Below, in pieces: positions 1 to 8,009 of a stretch of 52,710 bases of DNA (within the stretch, counting starts at the first letter, position 1; each line of letters starts with the position of its first letter). Under the pieces are notes generated by a model that was not told the origin of the DNA, searched no databases, and worked only from the letters and a program-made list of their open reading frames with translations. This DNA is from a virus. Taxonomy: Duplodnaviria; Caudoviricetes. The stretch spans positions 1-52,710 of IMG/VR virus record IMGVR_UViG_3300030376_003573; one strand, given 5' to 3'. The position numbers and the translations under genes are program-made.

Positions 1-411
1 CATGTGCGTGTATGTGTGTGCAAGTATGGGATTAGGTGAGGGGATTGTCCTGCCTCTCTCTCAGTCAGTTAGCGTCCCTAACTTCAACCTTTGCTTCAAC
101 TAGATGCTGTAACCTGCTGATTCTTAGCTACTTGTGGCAGTACAAAAGCCAAAAACCTACGCGCAAACTGCAAGTGCATTATGGGGGCGGGGTTACGCAA
201 GCGGTTTTGGTGCGTGTATGCGTGTGTGTACATATATATATAATCCCCCAGATCTGTATTTCTCCCCAAAAAAAGAAGACGGGAGGCGTTTTGGCGAGAG
301 AAGGGATATATATGTTTCTACTTTTATGTATGCTAAGATGCTGTGCTACAGACTAATAGGTCACCTTACTTAAAATCTACTTTATCGCTTGACTTTGTAA
401 AAAAAAAGCTG

Positions 412-419
412 TAACTTTG
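412..419 (+). promoter_or_regulatory. Bacteroidota sigma-A -7 promoter element (TAACTTTG)
   Basis: Matches TAnnTTTG in intergenic AT-rich DNA, with TTG/TTTG upstream at ~389-397. Confidence 0.65.
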
Positions 420-550
420 CCTACATTGTTAGTGAAGTGACACAATAAGTTGTTTTAAATGCTACATTGGTAAATTTATGAGTGCGTATGCACTTTAAAA
501 TAATCCCACGTCAATCAAACCATACGAGCTGTAAAGGCACAAGGACTGTC

Positions 551-679
551 ATGATAGTAAAGAAGAAGAATACCTATGAGATCCGCAGCAAGAAGGGTAA
601 GCTGTTGGGGAGGTTCTTATCTGAGGAGGCAGCTAAGAGGCGCTTGCGACAGATTGAATTCTTTAAGAATAAAAAATAG
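551..679 (+). CDS. small basic hypothetical phage protein
   Basis: MIVKKKNTYEIRSKKGKLLGRF...RRLRQIEFFK. ATG at 551 preferred over the GTG at 482. Confidence 0.7.
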   Translation: MIVKKKNTYEIRSKKGKLLGRFLSEEAAKRRLRQIEFFKNKK

Positions 680-687
680 TATATTTG
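680..687 (+). promoter_or_regulatory. -7 promoter element TATATTTG
   Basis: TAnnTTTG, 4 nt before ATG 692. Confidence 0.75.
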
Positions 688-691
688 CTGC

Positions 692-1183
692 ATGGGAGTA
701 CTCACTGTAACAATTAAAGAAGAGGTTACGCTAAACGGCGTGGATCAAGGGGCTACTAATACGCTTTCTATTGCTAGTGTTACACAGTCTTTCAAGAGGA
801 TCGTCACTTTACCTGCTGACGGGGGTAGCACAGCTACTCAAACTACGATAGCCAACTTCAGAACTGACGTTACTGTAGCGGACAGCGCTTTAGATGACGA
901 CGATGTGAAGTATGTTAGAGTAACAAACCTAGAGAGTACGAACTCTGTGACTCTTTCTCTACAGCTTGCAGCAAACGGTGATGCTGCCGCTAGTACTCAA
1001 GCTACAGTATTGTTAGAAGCTGGCAAGAGCTTTATGCTAGGTAAGGCTGTAGGGATCGCAGCGGTGGATGATGACGCTGCTACTGCTACTGCGATAGGTA
1101 GCTTGGTAGATCTTGAGAGCATCATCGCTATTAACGATCAGGATTCTGCTACAGCACAACTAGAAGTATTTATAGCTAGCTAA
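692..1183 (+). CDS. putative virion structural/decoration protein (beta-rich)
   Basis: Ala/Thr/Ser-rich; similar to the ORFs at 19054 and 19455 (YVRVTNL, LLEAGKSF). Confidence 0.6.
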   Translation: MGVLTVTIKEEVTLNGVDQGATNTLSIASVTQSFKRIVTLPADGGSTATQTTIANFRTDVTVADSALDDDDVKYVRVTNLESTNSVTLSLQLAANGDAAASTQATVLLEAGKSFMLGKAVGIAAVDDDAATATAIGSLVDLESIIAINDQDSATAQLEVFIAS

Positions 1184-1197
1184 TAAACCAATAAGAA

Positions 1198-1665
1198 ATG
1201 AGGTATTTAAAGAAAGACAATAAAGCCGCTTTGTATGACATGCTTATGAAAGGTGGTATGATGCCACGTAAGTATGAGAACGGAGGTCCTGTTGGTAGCG
1301 CTTCTTCTGATAAGAAATTTAGAGTCATCCCAGAGAAGTCACCCACAGGTCAGACTGAACTTGCTTACTATATCGACGGCAGACCAGTGGAATCCAAGGA
1401 ATTTCAGCAACAGTTTTACGATGTTGGAAATAAACCACAGGATCTCAACCAATTAATCGAGAACTCTGTGATTGCTTCCAAGCAAGGAATAGGTGCAGAA
1501 AGCGGAATACCAAGCGGATCACCACTGGAAGGCTTGCTGAAGCAGTACAGAGACTCTCTCAAGGAACGTAATGTATACAGGGAGAAGGGTGCGGCTGGCG
1601 TAGACTCACTCTACAACGCTAGAAGCGAGAACTACGACCGCATGATTCGCCAGATGGGAGGCTAA
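1198..1665 (+). CDS. hypothetical protein, putative internal virion protein (MKGG/YENGG motifs)
   Basis: 155-aa ORF in operon context. Confidence 0.6.
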   Translation: MRYLKKDNKAALYDMLMKGGMMPRKYENGGPVGSASSDKKFRVIPEKSPTGQTELAYYIDGRPVESKEFQQQFYDVGNKPQDLNQLIENSVIASKQGIGAESGIPSGSPLEGLLKQYRDSLKERNVYREKGAAGVDSLYNARSENYDRMIRQMGG

Positions 1666-1989
1666 TTACTGTCCGTACATCTGAATAAACCCGCTACCCT
1701 CGTGAGTAGCGACCAACTCCCCAGTGCTGTTGTAGCGCAAAAGGTATACGTCAGTCTGATTTCCTAGCAGATCGTAGAAGTATATGCGTTTTGCCTCGTC
1801 CCTATTAAAAGGGTCCTGGTAAATACGCAGGTGGCTACGCTCTGAAGCGTACTCTATTGTCTTAGCTCCAAACTCGTTGTACACATCGCAGCTGTACAAA
1901 AAGGAATCGAAGTCTCCATTTTGGAAGAACACCTGAGAGAACAAGTTGGTGGTAGCCAGTAAGGCAAAGATTAAGATTGAATTTCTCAT
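1666..1989 (-). CDS. secreted hypothetical protein with Sec signal peptide
   Basis: MRNSILIFALLATTNLFS|Q: basic-hydrophobic signal with Gln at +1; counter-oriented to its neighbours. Confidence 0.65.
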   Translation of the reverse strand: MRNSILIFALLATTNLFSQVFFQNGDFDSFLYSCDVYNEFGAKTIEYASERSHLRIYQDPFNRDEAKRIYFYDLLGNQTDVYLLRYNSTGELVATHEGSGFIQMYGQ

Positions 1990-2076
1990 AGCAAATAACT
2001 GATTTAAATTGTTTCGTAACTTGGGTTTGCTGATCTCAATGTAGGGGGAAAAAACATTACCTCCAAATTTTTTACA

Positions 2077-2084
2077 TAACTTTG
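2077..2084 (+). promoter_or_regulatory. -7 promoter element TAACTTTG upstream of endolysin
   Basis: TAnnTTTG, intergenic. Confidence 0.7.
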
Positions 2085-2165
2085 CTATATTCAATCAGAG
2101 ATTGAAGAAATATTACCACAACCCCAGGATTAAGAGAATTGATCCTTCTTGGATTGCAAATCGAA

Positions 2166-2636
2166 ATGCAGTTAAGCAAAAACCTATCACTGAAAGAGGT
2201 CGTGAAGTCAAACACGGCCACTCGCCTTGGGATTAATAACACCCCAGAAGACTGGGAGATTAAAAACCTCACGGCCATAGCGGAGAAAGTATTCCAACCT
2301 ATCCGCGATCACTTCGGCGTACCGATTGCCGTGAGCTCTGGATACAGAGGAAAACAACTAAACAAAGCCATAGGGGGGAGCAAGTACTCTCAGCATATGG
2401 TAGGGGAGGCGCTCGACCTGGATGCAGATGTGTTTGGGCGCATCACGAATGCAGATATATTTAACTTCGTGAAAGACAACCTGATCTGGGATCAGATGAT
2501 CTGGGAGTTCGGGGATGACGACGAGCCTAACTGGGTGCATATATCTTATAAGTCCATAGGCCAGAATCGCAAACAGATTAAGCGAGCCCGAAGAGACGAA
2601 AAGAACAGAATTTATTACACAGCAGAGAATGCCTAA
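2166..2636 (+). CDS. peptidase M15 (D-Ala-D-Ala carboxypeptidase-like) endolysin
   Basis: MQLSKNLSLKE, SSGYR, SQHxxGEALD and WVHIS Zn-peptidase motifs. Confidence 0.9.
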   Translation: MQLSKNLSLKEVVKSNTATRLGINNTPEDWEIKNLTAIAEKVFQPIRDHFGVPIAVSSGYRGKQLNKAIGGSKYSQHMVGEALDLDADVFGRITNADIFNFVKDNLIWDQMIWEFGDDDEPNWVHISYKSIGQNRKQIKRARRDEKNRIYYTAENA

Positions 2637-2763
2637 GAACGTAAACGATTTATCACCTGAGACACACAAGGTGAGCCGCCCAGGGGTGCATGCTAAGACG
2701 AAGACTTCTAGCAACAAAAAGAGCAAAAACTACAAGAAATCGTATCGCGGACAAGGAAGATAG
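2629..2763 (+). CDS. 44-aa basic protein ending YRGQGR (not in ORF track)
   Basis: Manual translation MPKNVNDLSPETHKVSRPGVHAKTKTSSNKKSKNYKKSYRGQGR; overlaps the endolysin stop. Confidence 0.7.
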   Translation: MPKNVNDLSPETHKVSRPGVHAKTKTSSNKKSKNYKKSYRGQGR

Positions 2764-2797
2764 GATTGCGTATATTCGCCGTCCTAAATTTTTTATT

Positions 2798-2935
2798 ATG
2801 CGCGAAAAAGAAGAAGACTTCAACGTAGATTTCCTGGATTCAGAAAGAGTAAAAGCGACCGAAGAAAAGGTCAAGAGTGGTAAGATAGTGTGTGATATCC
2901 ACGCACCAGAAGGCTGCGAAAACTGTAGCGGATAA
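2798..2935 (+). CDS. small protein with C-terminal Cys cluster (C-x7-CxxC-SG)
   Basis: MREKEEDF...VCDIHAPEGCENCSG; ATG 2798 follows an AT-rich spacer. Confidence 0.65.
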   Translation: MREKEEDFNVDFLDSERVKATEEKVKSGKIVCDIHAPEGCENCSG

Positions 2936-2941
2936 AATAGT

Positions 2942-2949
2942 TATCTTTG
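2942..2949 (+). promoter_or_regulatory. -7 promoter element TATCTTTG
   Basis: TAnnTTTG, 4 nt before ATG 2954. Confidence 0.75.
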
Positions 2950-2953
2950 TTGT

Positions 2954-3175
2954 ATGAAGTACTATATAACTACTACATCAGAGGCAGAACAGATTAGCCG
3001 CGACAAAGCCATAGAGAAAGGATGTGGCCCTGTAACTAAATACTGGTGGGGATGGATTGTTGACGACAGAGATGCTGATCAGTCCGCACTGTGTTTTCAG
3101 GACGATGAGTCTGTGAGCTACAGTACAGTAGATACACTTCCCGACGGATTCTTACCACCTTACCCAGAAGCATAA
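2954..3175 (+). CDS. hypothetical protein (possible chaperone of downstream lectin-like proteins)
   Basis: 73-aa ORF coupled to the next gene by TAATG. Confidence 0.6.
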   Translation: MKYYITTTSEAEQISRDKAIEKGCGPVTKYWWGWIVDDRDADQSALCFQDDESVSYSTVDTLPDGFLPPYPEA

Positions 3176-4137
3176 TGTTGGGGTTGGGGACAGCAGTAAA
3201 TAGAGGTGGGTTTGTAAGTGGTGCAGCACCCGCTGCGAAACTTCTTGATACGTACTCAAGCGCAGCAGCTGCATACTCTTTGAGAAAGCTCTCCAACTCT
3301 TACTCTGGACCCGTACTTCAAATTAGGAGAGCGAGCGACAACGTAGAGGTTGATGTAAGCTTTGACACTAATGGTGTTGTTTCCTTGAACTCAAGGATTA
3401 CTAATGTAACGGAAGAGACTACAGGTTCTTCTACTAGCCTGACTACTTCTGCCACAACTCTTGGTGAGTTTGTTGCTAACGCTAGCTACACAGATGCAGA
3501 CGGCTTGGGCGCCACAGACTCTGCGCTGATCCAATGCTGGTACGACCAGTCTGGAAACTCAAATGATTCCACTCAGAATACTGCATCCGCGCAGCCAACC
3601 ATTGTTTCGAGCGGCGCGCTGATTGAAGAAAATGGCAAGCCTGTTATTAATTTTAATGAAGATCACCTTCTTTCATCGGCTTGGATGACACAATTATCAC
3701 CTATGAGCTTTTCATTGGTGCAGGTTCCAGCCAATGTTGGTAGAGAAGTTTTAATCGGCGTAAACACAGCGACCCCATATACAACGGCGTTCATAAACTG
3801 GAATTCTGGCACCGATTTTTTATACCCTCGGTTTTTTAGCTTCCCAGCTAGTGATACTTACTCGTCTGCAATGACAGAAGACGAGATGAACCTTGTTTTC
3901 GCGCACTCTTCGACTACTTCAACAAGCTTTTATTTAAATGGATCTGAGGATTCTAACTCTCCTAAATCTCATTCTAAAACTTCAGCAGCAGATGGTGCAA
4001 TTACGATTGGGTCCCCAACAACCTACAATCCGATTAGAGGTACTAGTCTTGTGGAGATTGTTTTTTGGTTAAGCGACCAATCCAGCAACCGCACGGCCAT
4101 TGAAACTGATATAAACACCTTCTACTCAATCTACTAA
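3175..4137 (+). CDS. ConA/LamG-like (arabinofuranosidase-B-like N-terminus) virion protein, paralog 1
   Basis: AAYSLRKL, IRRASDN and WYDQSGN motifs typical of this lectin-fold family. Confidence 0.7.
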   Translation: MLGLGTAVNRGGFVSGAAPAAKLLDTYSSAAAAYSLRKLSNSYSGPVLQIRRASDNVEVDVSFDTNGVVSLNSRITNVTEETTGSSTSLTTSATTLGEFVANASYTDADGLGATDSALIQCWYDQSGNSNDSTQNTASAQPTIVSSGALIEENGKPVINFNEDHLLSSAWMTQLSPMSFSLVQVPANVGREVLIGVNTATPYTTAFINWNSGTDFLYPRFFSFPASDTYSSAMTEDEMNLVFAHSSTTSTSFYLNGSEDSNSPKSHSKTSAADGAITIGSPTTYNPIRGTSLVEIVFWLSDQSSNRTAIETDINTFYSIY

Positions 4138-4958
4138 TGCTAGGACTAGGAACATCAGTAAACAGAGGCGGGTTTGTAAGTGGTGCAGCAGCCGCGAAAC
4201 TTCTTGATGCGTACTCAGGTCCAGCCGCTGCTTATTCTTTGCGGCAGCTCTCTAATTCTTATTCTGGGAATGCTGTTAAAGTGAGAAGAGCTAGTGATGA
4301 CACAGAATTAGATATAGGCTTCTCTAGCGGGGAACTTGATACTTCAGCATTGGCTACTCACTGCGGCTCTAGTGATGGCTTTGTAGTAACGTGGTACGAC
4401 CAATCAGGAAACTCAAATAACGCCACTCAAAGTACAGCTGCGAATCAGCCAAAGATTTATGATGCAACCGCTGAACGACACATAACGGAGAACGGCAAGC
4501 CTGCTATTGATTTTGATGGAAGCAACGACCACTTAGACACAGCAGATTTTACACCATTAACGCAGGCAAATTTCATCACCCTTACACATAAAGGTGATGT
4601 TGCTGGTGGTACTGCTTGGATATTCTCAACTAGCACAAGCAACACAAACAGAAATTTTTTCCTGCAAGATGGTCGATATTATGCTGGCTCTTTTGTTAGT
4701 AGTGGATCGGTAGGAACAAGTCAAGTTAATATTAGTATAGTAGCAGACGGAGCAAATACCGAGATTTTCAAAAACGGCTCAAGCGTAGGCACTGGCGACG
4801 CAGGCACCAACGGAATACAAAAAGTTCGCTTGTTTGCTAACAGGGATGGAAATGTTAGTTTGTCTGCAATTTTTCAAGAGTTTATTCTTTGGAATGAAGA
4901 CGACACCAACCGCACAGCCATAGAGTCTGACATCAACGCTTTTTATTCTATTTACTAA
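4137..4958 (+). CDS. ConA/LamG-like virion protein, paralog 2
   Basis: AAYSLRQL, VRRASDD, WYDQSGN, FDGSND; near-identical termini to paralog 1. Confidence 0.7.
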   Translation: MLGLGTSVNRGGFVSGAAAAKLLDAYSGPAAAYSLRQLSNSYSGNAVKVRRASDDTELDIGFSSGELDTSALATHCGSSDGFVVTWYDQSGNSNNATQSTAANQPKIYDATAERHITENGKPAIDFDGSNDHLDTADFTPLTQANFITLTHKGDVAGGTAWIFSTSTSNTNRNFFLQDGRYYAGSFVSSGSVGTSQVNISIVADGANTEIFKNGSSVGTGDAGTNGIQKVRLFANRDGNVSLSAIFQEFILWNEDDTNRTAIESDINAFYSIY

Positions 4959-5374
4959 AGTGAGTTATAGAAACGCTGTACCGCTAGTCTACCTTTCTGC
5001 GACAGCCCATAACGAACTCTGTAGTTATACTTTGTTTCATCACGGAACAAATGATCTTCTAATGTCTGCGAGGGGCTAAGCTTATCGAACACCTTGTAGA
5101 TATACCCAAGACTCATCAGTGGGTATATGATCCTGTCAGCTATATTGCCTCTGCTCATCTGGTAGTTCTCTGATGCCCAAGAGATAGTAAAGAACTCTAG
5201 GTCGTAAGCGTACAGCATAAAATATACGTACCCTCTAGTTAAGCTAGGATTATCTTCTAAGAAATCGTTCATCGCCGCTCTTAGATTCTTAAGATGATTT
5301 TGCTTTACATATTTCGCAGGGAGCTTAGACATATCCCTGAACATCCTCTTCTTCTTAACTGTCGATTTCCCCAT
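4955..5374 (-). CDS. putative winged-helix (MarR-like) DNA-binding protein
   Basis: Helical core followed by LMSLGYI...YRVRYGLSQKGR wing pattern; ATG at 5374 (TTG 5401 possible). Confidence 0.55.
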   Translation of the reverse strand: MGKSTVKKKRMFRDMSKLPAKYVKQNHLKNLRAAMNDFLEDNPSLTRGYVYFMLYAYDLEFFTISWASENYQMSRGNIADRIIYPLMSLGYIYKVFDKLSPSQTLEDHLFRDETKYNYRVRYGLSQKGRLAVQRFYNSL

Positions 5375-5387
5375 CTCTATAATGTCG

Positions 5388-5395
5388 TATATTTG
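5388..5395 (+). promoter_or_regulatory. -7 promoter element TATATTTG
   Basis: TAnnTTTG upstream of ATG 5415. Confidence 0.7.
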
Positions 5396-5414
5396 ATTCA
5401 AACGAATTTACAAC

Positions 5415-5711
5415 ATGACACCCAACGAGACCCTCTTCTTCGCTGAATTGTACAGCCTTGTAAAAAAGATGGAGGATACTATCGATGAGTTTGACATGAA
5501 GGACCGAACCGTTGCCTCTATTGTAATCGGAGTAATAGACTACGACGCTATAGAAGTGGGAGATACGGAAGCTGAAATGAAGACCATGTACAGCTTCAAC
5601 ATCCAGGATAGGCAAGAACTAGAGACTGTGAAGACCATAATGGACAATGCCTATAAAGACGATGACCCCCTCGATGACTTGTTGGGTGACTTGGGCATAT
5701 CATTAAACTAA
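5415..5711 (+). CDS. acidic hypothetical protein
   Basis: 98-aa ORF at the head of an operon. Confidence 0.65.
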   Translation: MTPNETLFFAELYSLVKKMEDTIDEFDMKDRTVASIVIGVIDYDAIEVGDTEAEMKTMYSFNIQDRQELETVKTIMDNAYKDDDPLDDLLGDLGISLN

Positions 5712-5947
5712 TGGAAGGACTTATTAGAAAGATTGTGGTCGGCAAAGACCCCAAGAACGGAATGGCTTATTATGTAGGTATGCGAGCTGGATCTGGAGAA
5801 GTGTCCGCTATTGTAGAAGACGATAGACATCTCCATAGATTTGGAAAACAAAGATATCTCATATACATTGAGAACGATGAAGGCACCATGCTATGGAAGA
5901 GCATAGATGAGATGTCATGTGTTTTAGAATTTGATCTTAATTTTTGA
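5711..5947 (+). CDS. hypothetical phage protein (IRKIVVGKDPKNGMAYYVG)
   Basis: Translationally coupled ORF. Confidence 0.7.
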   Translation: MEGLIRKIVVGKDPKNGMAYYVGMRAGSGEVSAIVEDDRHLHRFGKQRYLIYIENDEGTMLWKSIDEMSCVLEFDLNF

Positions 5948-6264
5948 TGGCAACACAAAACCTTTATACGGACGGATCTGAGTTCAAACTCCCTAACGGA
6001 AGAAGATACAGAGGCTACTACCATGTCCACCCCAAGAAGGGTGCTATGGTGGGTGCTGTTCACGTAGATAGGTTTCACGCTATTCTTGAACCCGTAAGTT
6101 CGAAGTCTAGACAAAGCTTAGCAAATAGACAGGCAGAGATTCCAACACCAGTTGTTGAAAGAAGACTTCCGATCGTAGTGCCTCCTGTTCGCCCTGTAGC
6201 TCCAGCCCCCAGAATCCAATCAAGCCCCACTATTACTACTCCTAGCGGTGGTGGCGGCTACTAA
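5947..6264 (+). CDS. hypothetical protein with Pro-rich tail
   Basis: Coupled ORF; YRGYYHVH motif. Confidence 0.6.
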   Translation: MATQNLYTDGSEFKLPNGRRYRGYYHVHPKKGAMVGAVHVDRFHAILEPVSSKSRQSLANRQAEIPTPVVERRLPIVVPPVRPVAPAPRIQSSPTITTPSGGGGY

Positions 6265-6274
6265 ATTTTAATTA

Positions 6275-6859
6275 ATGAAAACATTTAATTTGTTTGTCGT
6301 CGAATTAGACAGGACGATAAACGACACCATCACTACGTCTGGTGGTTTAGAGTTGTACATAGACAATAGATTTAATGAATTTGAAAACAGAGTTACAGAA
6401 GGGCCTGTCGTGGCTGTACCGTTCAAGTACGAAACTGGTGTTGAGCCTGGCGACACGCTGTACTTTCATCATCTCGTGGTCATCAACGAAGGTCAACCGC
6501 TCACTGGTGATGATAATCACTACCTTGTCAGGTACGATCAAAACCATGCTATCAATAATCAAGCTATTGCTTTTAAAAGCAGCAGCACTGGTGCTATCCA
6601 ACCTCTTGGGGGTTGGAGCCTTCTTGAACCCGTCGAAGAAGAGAAAGTTCAAGAGTCGGAACTTATCGAAGTTGTTAAACTTACAGAGAAACCAACAACA
6701 AGAGGTAGAGTCGCATTTACGTCTTCTGGGATTGAAACGCTAGGATTGGAAGTTGGTGACGTAGTAGGCTTTAAAGAGAACCGTGACTATCGCATTAAGA
6801 TAGACGGGAAGGAATACTACAGGACTCGTACTGAAGACCTTATGTATGTTGAGAGATAA
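6275..6859 (+). CDS. GroES/cpn10-like co-chaperonin with two tandem domains
   Basis: Domain 1: TSGGLELY..EGPVVAVP..VEPGDTLYF. Domain 2: PLGGWSLLEP..RGRVAF..LEVGDVVGF..IDGKEY. Confidence 0.75.
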   Translation: MKTFNLFVVELDRTINDTITTSGGLELYIDNRFNEFENRVTEGPVVAVPFKYETGVEPGDTLYFHHLVVINEGQPLTGDDNHYLVRYDQNHAINNQAIAFKSSSTGAIQPLGGWSLLEPVEEEKVQESELIEVVKLTEKPTTRGRVAFTSSGIETLGLEVGDVVGFKENRDYRIKIDGKEYYRTRTEDLMYVER

Positions 6860-6869
6860 TTTAATTAAT

Positions 6870-7181
6870 ATGACTATGATCGCCCATCAAGAAAGAAAAT
6901 CAGAGGAGCTTATGTCTGTCCTGGAGCAAAAGGAGCTTATGTCTGTCCTAGAGCAAAACGAGTGTTTAATTGCCGATGGCTTTGATGAAGCGCTGATAGG
7001 TATGACACACGGCTCAGAACCAAAAGCGGTTTATGATATTGATCAAATCATTGATATTCTTTGCAGGGATGATGAGATGACTAGAGAAGATGCTATCGAG
7101 CACTTTGAGTTCAATATAGGCGGATCATATGTAGGTGAGCGCACCCCCGTGTTTGTTTACTGCTCTTTATTGCATGGTTGA
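6870..7181 (+). CDS. hypothetical phage protein (ADGFDEALIG...A.EHFEFNIGGSYVG)
   Basis: Common small phage ORF pattern; start uncertain. Confidence 0.65.
   Translation: MTMIAHQERKSEELMSVLEQKELMSVLEQNECLIADGFDEALIGMTHGSEPKAVYDIDQIIDILCRDDEMTREDAIEHFEFNIGGSYVGERTPVFVYCSLLHG
6904..6957 (+). repeat. 27-bp in-frame tandem duplication (ELMSVLEQK/ELMSVLEQN)
   Basis: aggagcttatgtctgtcct(g/a)gagcaaa x2, one mismatch. Confidence 0.95.
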
Positions 7182-7474
7182 TGAGCCGCCCTGCTAAGTT
7201 TACTACTGTTAGCGCAGCCAGACGACTTATGTCTAGCATGGAGGTTGCGATCAACAATATGATTGAAGAAATCAAGAAGCCCGTGGACCCAGAGGCTGGT
7301 GGTTCCGCTAGAAAAGCAGAATTGCAATCCATCAAACAAACAGCCATTGACTGTAAGGAGTTATTGGTGGAGCGTCAGCGTTTAGAACAAATGGTTAAAG
7401 AGCTACAAGCAAATGGAGAAATCGAGCAAGACAAAGACTACTCAGGTGGATTCGCAGAAAAATTCTCAAAGTAG
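7181..7474 (+). CDS. helical protein, possible terminase small subunit
   Basis: Coiled-coil ORF upstream of the large terminase; function is a positional inference. Confidence 0.45.
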   Translation: MSRPAKFTTVSAARRLMSSMEVAINNMIEEIKKPVDPEAGGSARKAELQSIKQTAIDCKELLVERQRLEQMVKELQANGEIEQDKDYSGGFAEKFSK

Positions 7475-7587
7475 ACCTAGCGGTTTAATATATTGGGATG
7501 ACTATAACTTTGATAATCAGTCAGATACGGCTGGCTATGCAGGAAGCAACTTTAAGATTACATACTTAAAGTCTTAATCATTGCTGT

Positions 7588-7932
7588 ATGCCTTATAAGA
7601 ACAAAAAAGATCAGGCCAAGGCATCGGTGAAACACTACCGTAAAAACAAAAAAGAAATAATTCTTAGGACGGTAGCTAGAAACAAAAGGCAGATAAAAAG
7701 AAACAAAGCGTTTGTAGACAGACTAAAAAGAATGTTTAATTGCGTGGACTGCGGAGAGTCAGATCCTTTGGTTCTTGATTTCGATCATGTAAAAGGAAAG
7801 AAGAGAAAAGCTATAGCTGATATGATATCACACTCCTACAGTATAGAAACCATAAAGAAAGAAATTAGAAAGTGTGAGATAAGATGTGCAAATTGCCATC
7901 GTAAAAAAACTCATGAGCGAATGCACTCGTAG
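7588..7932 (+). CDS. HNH endonuclease
   Basis: CVDC...LDFDH...CEIRCANCH. Confidence 0.85.
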   Translation: MPYKNKKDQAKASVKHYRKNKKEIILRTVARNKRQIKRNKAFVDRLKRMFNCVDCGESDPLVLDFDHVKGKKRKAIADMISHSYSIETIKKEIRKCEIRCANCHRKKTHERMHS

Positions 7933-7996
7933 CTCAGATGGATAGAGCATCTGCCTTCTAAGCAGACGGTCACAGGTTCGATTCCTGTCGGGTGTA
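7923..7996 (+). tRNA. tRNA-Arg(UCU)
   Basis: GCACTCG/CGGGTGT acceptor, GCTC/GAGC D-arm, TCTGC-CTTCTAA-GCAGA anticodon arm, ACAGG-TTCGATT-CCTGT T-arm; CCA not encoded. Confidence 0.95.
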
Positions 7997-8009
7997 CAAA
8001 TTAAATTAA

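Noticed and set aside
36-373. ORFs 36..356 and 134..373
   Set aside because: They translate low-complexity repeat DNA upstream of the first promoter and are probably spurious
3175-4958. Diversity-generating retroelement TR/VR pair
   Set aside because: Differences are mostly synonymous and not adenine-specific; there is no reverse transcriptase in the window
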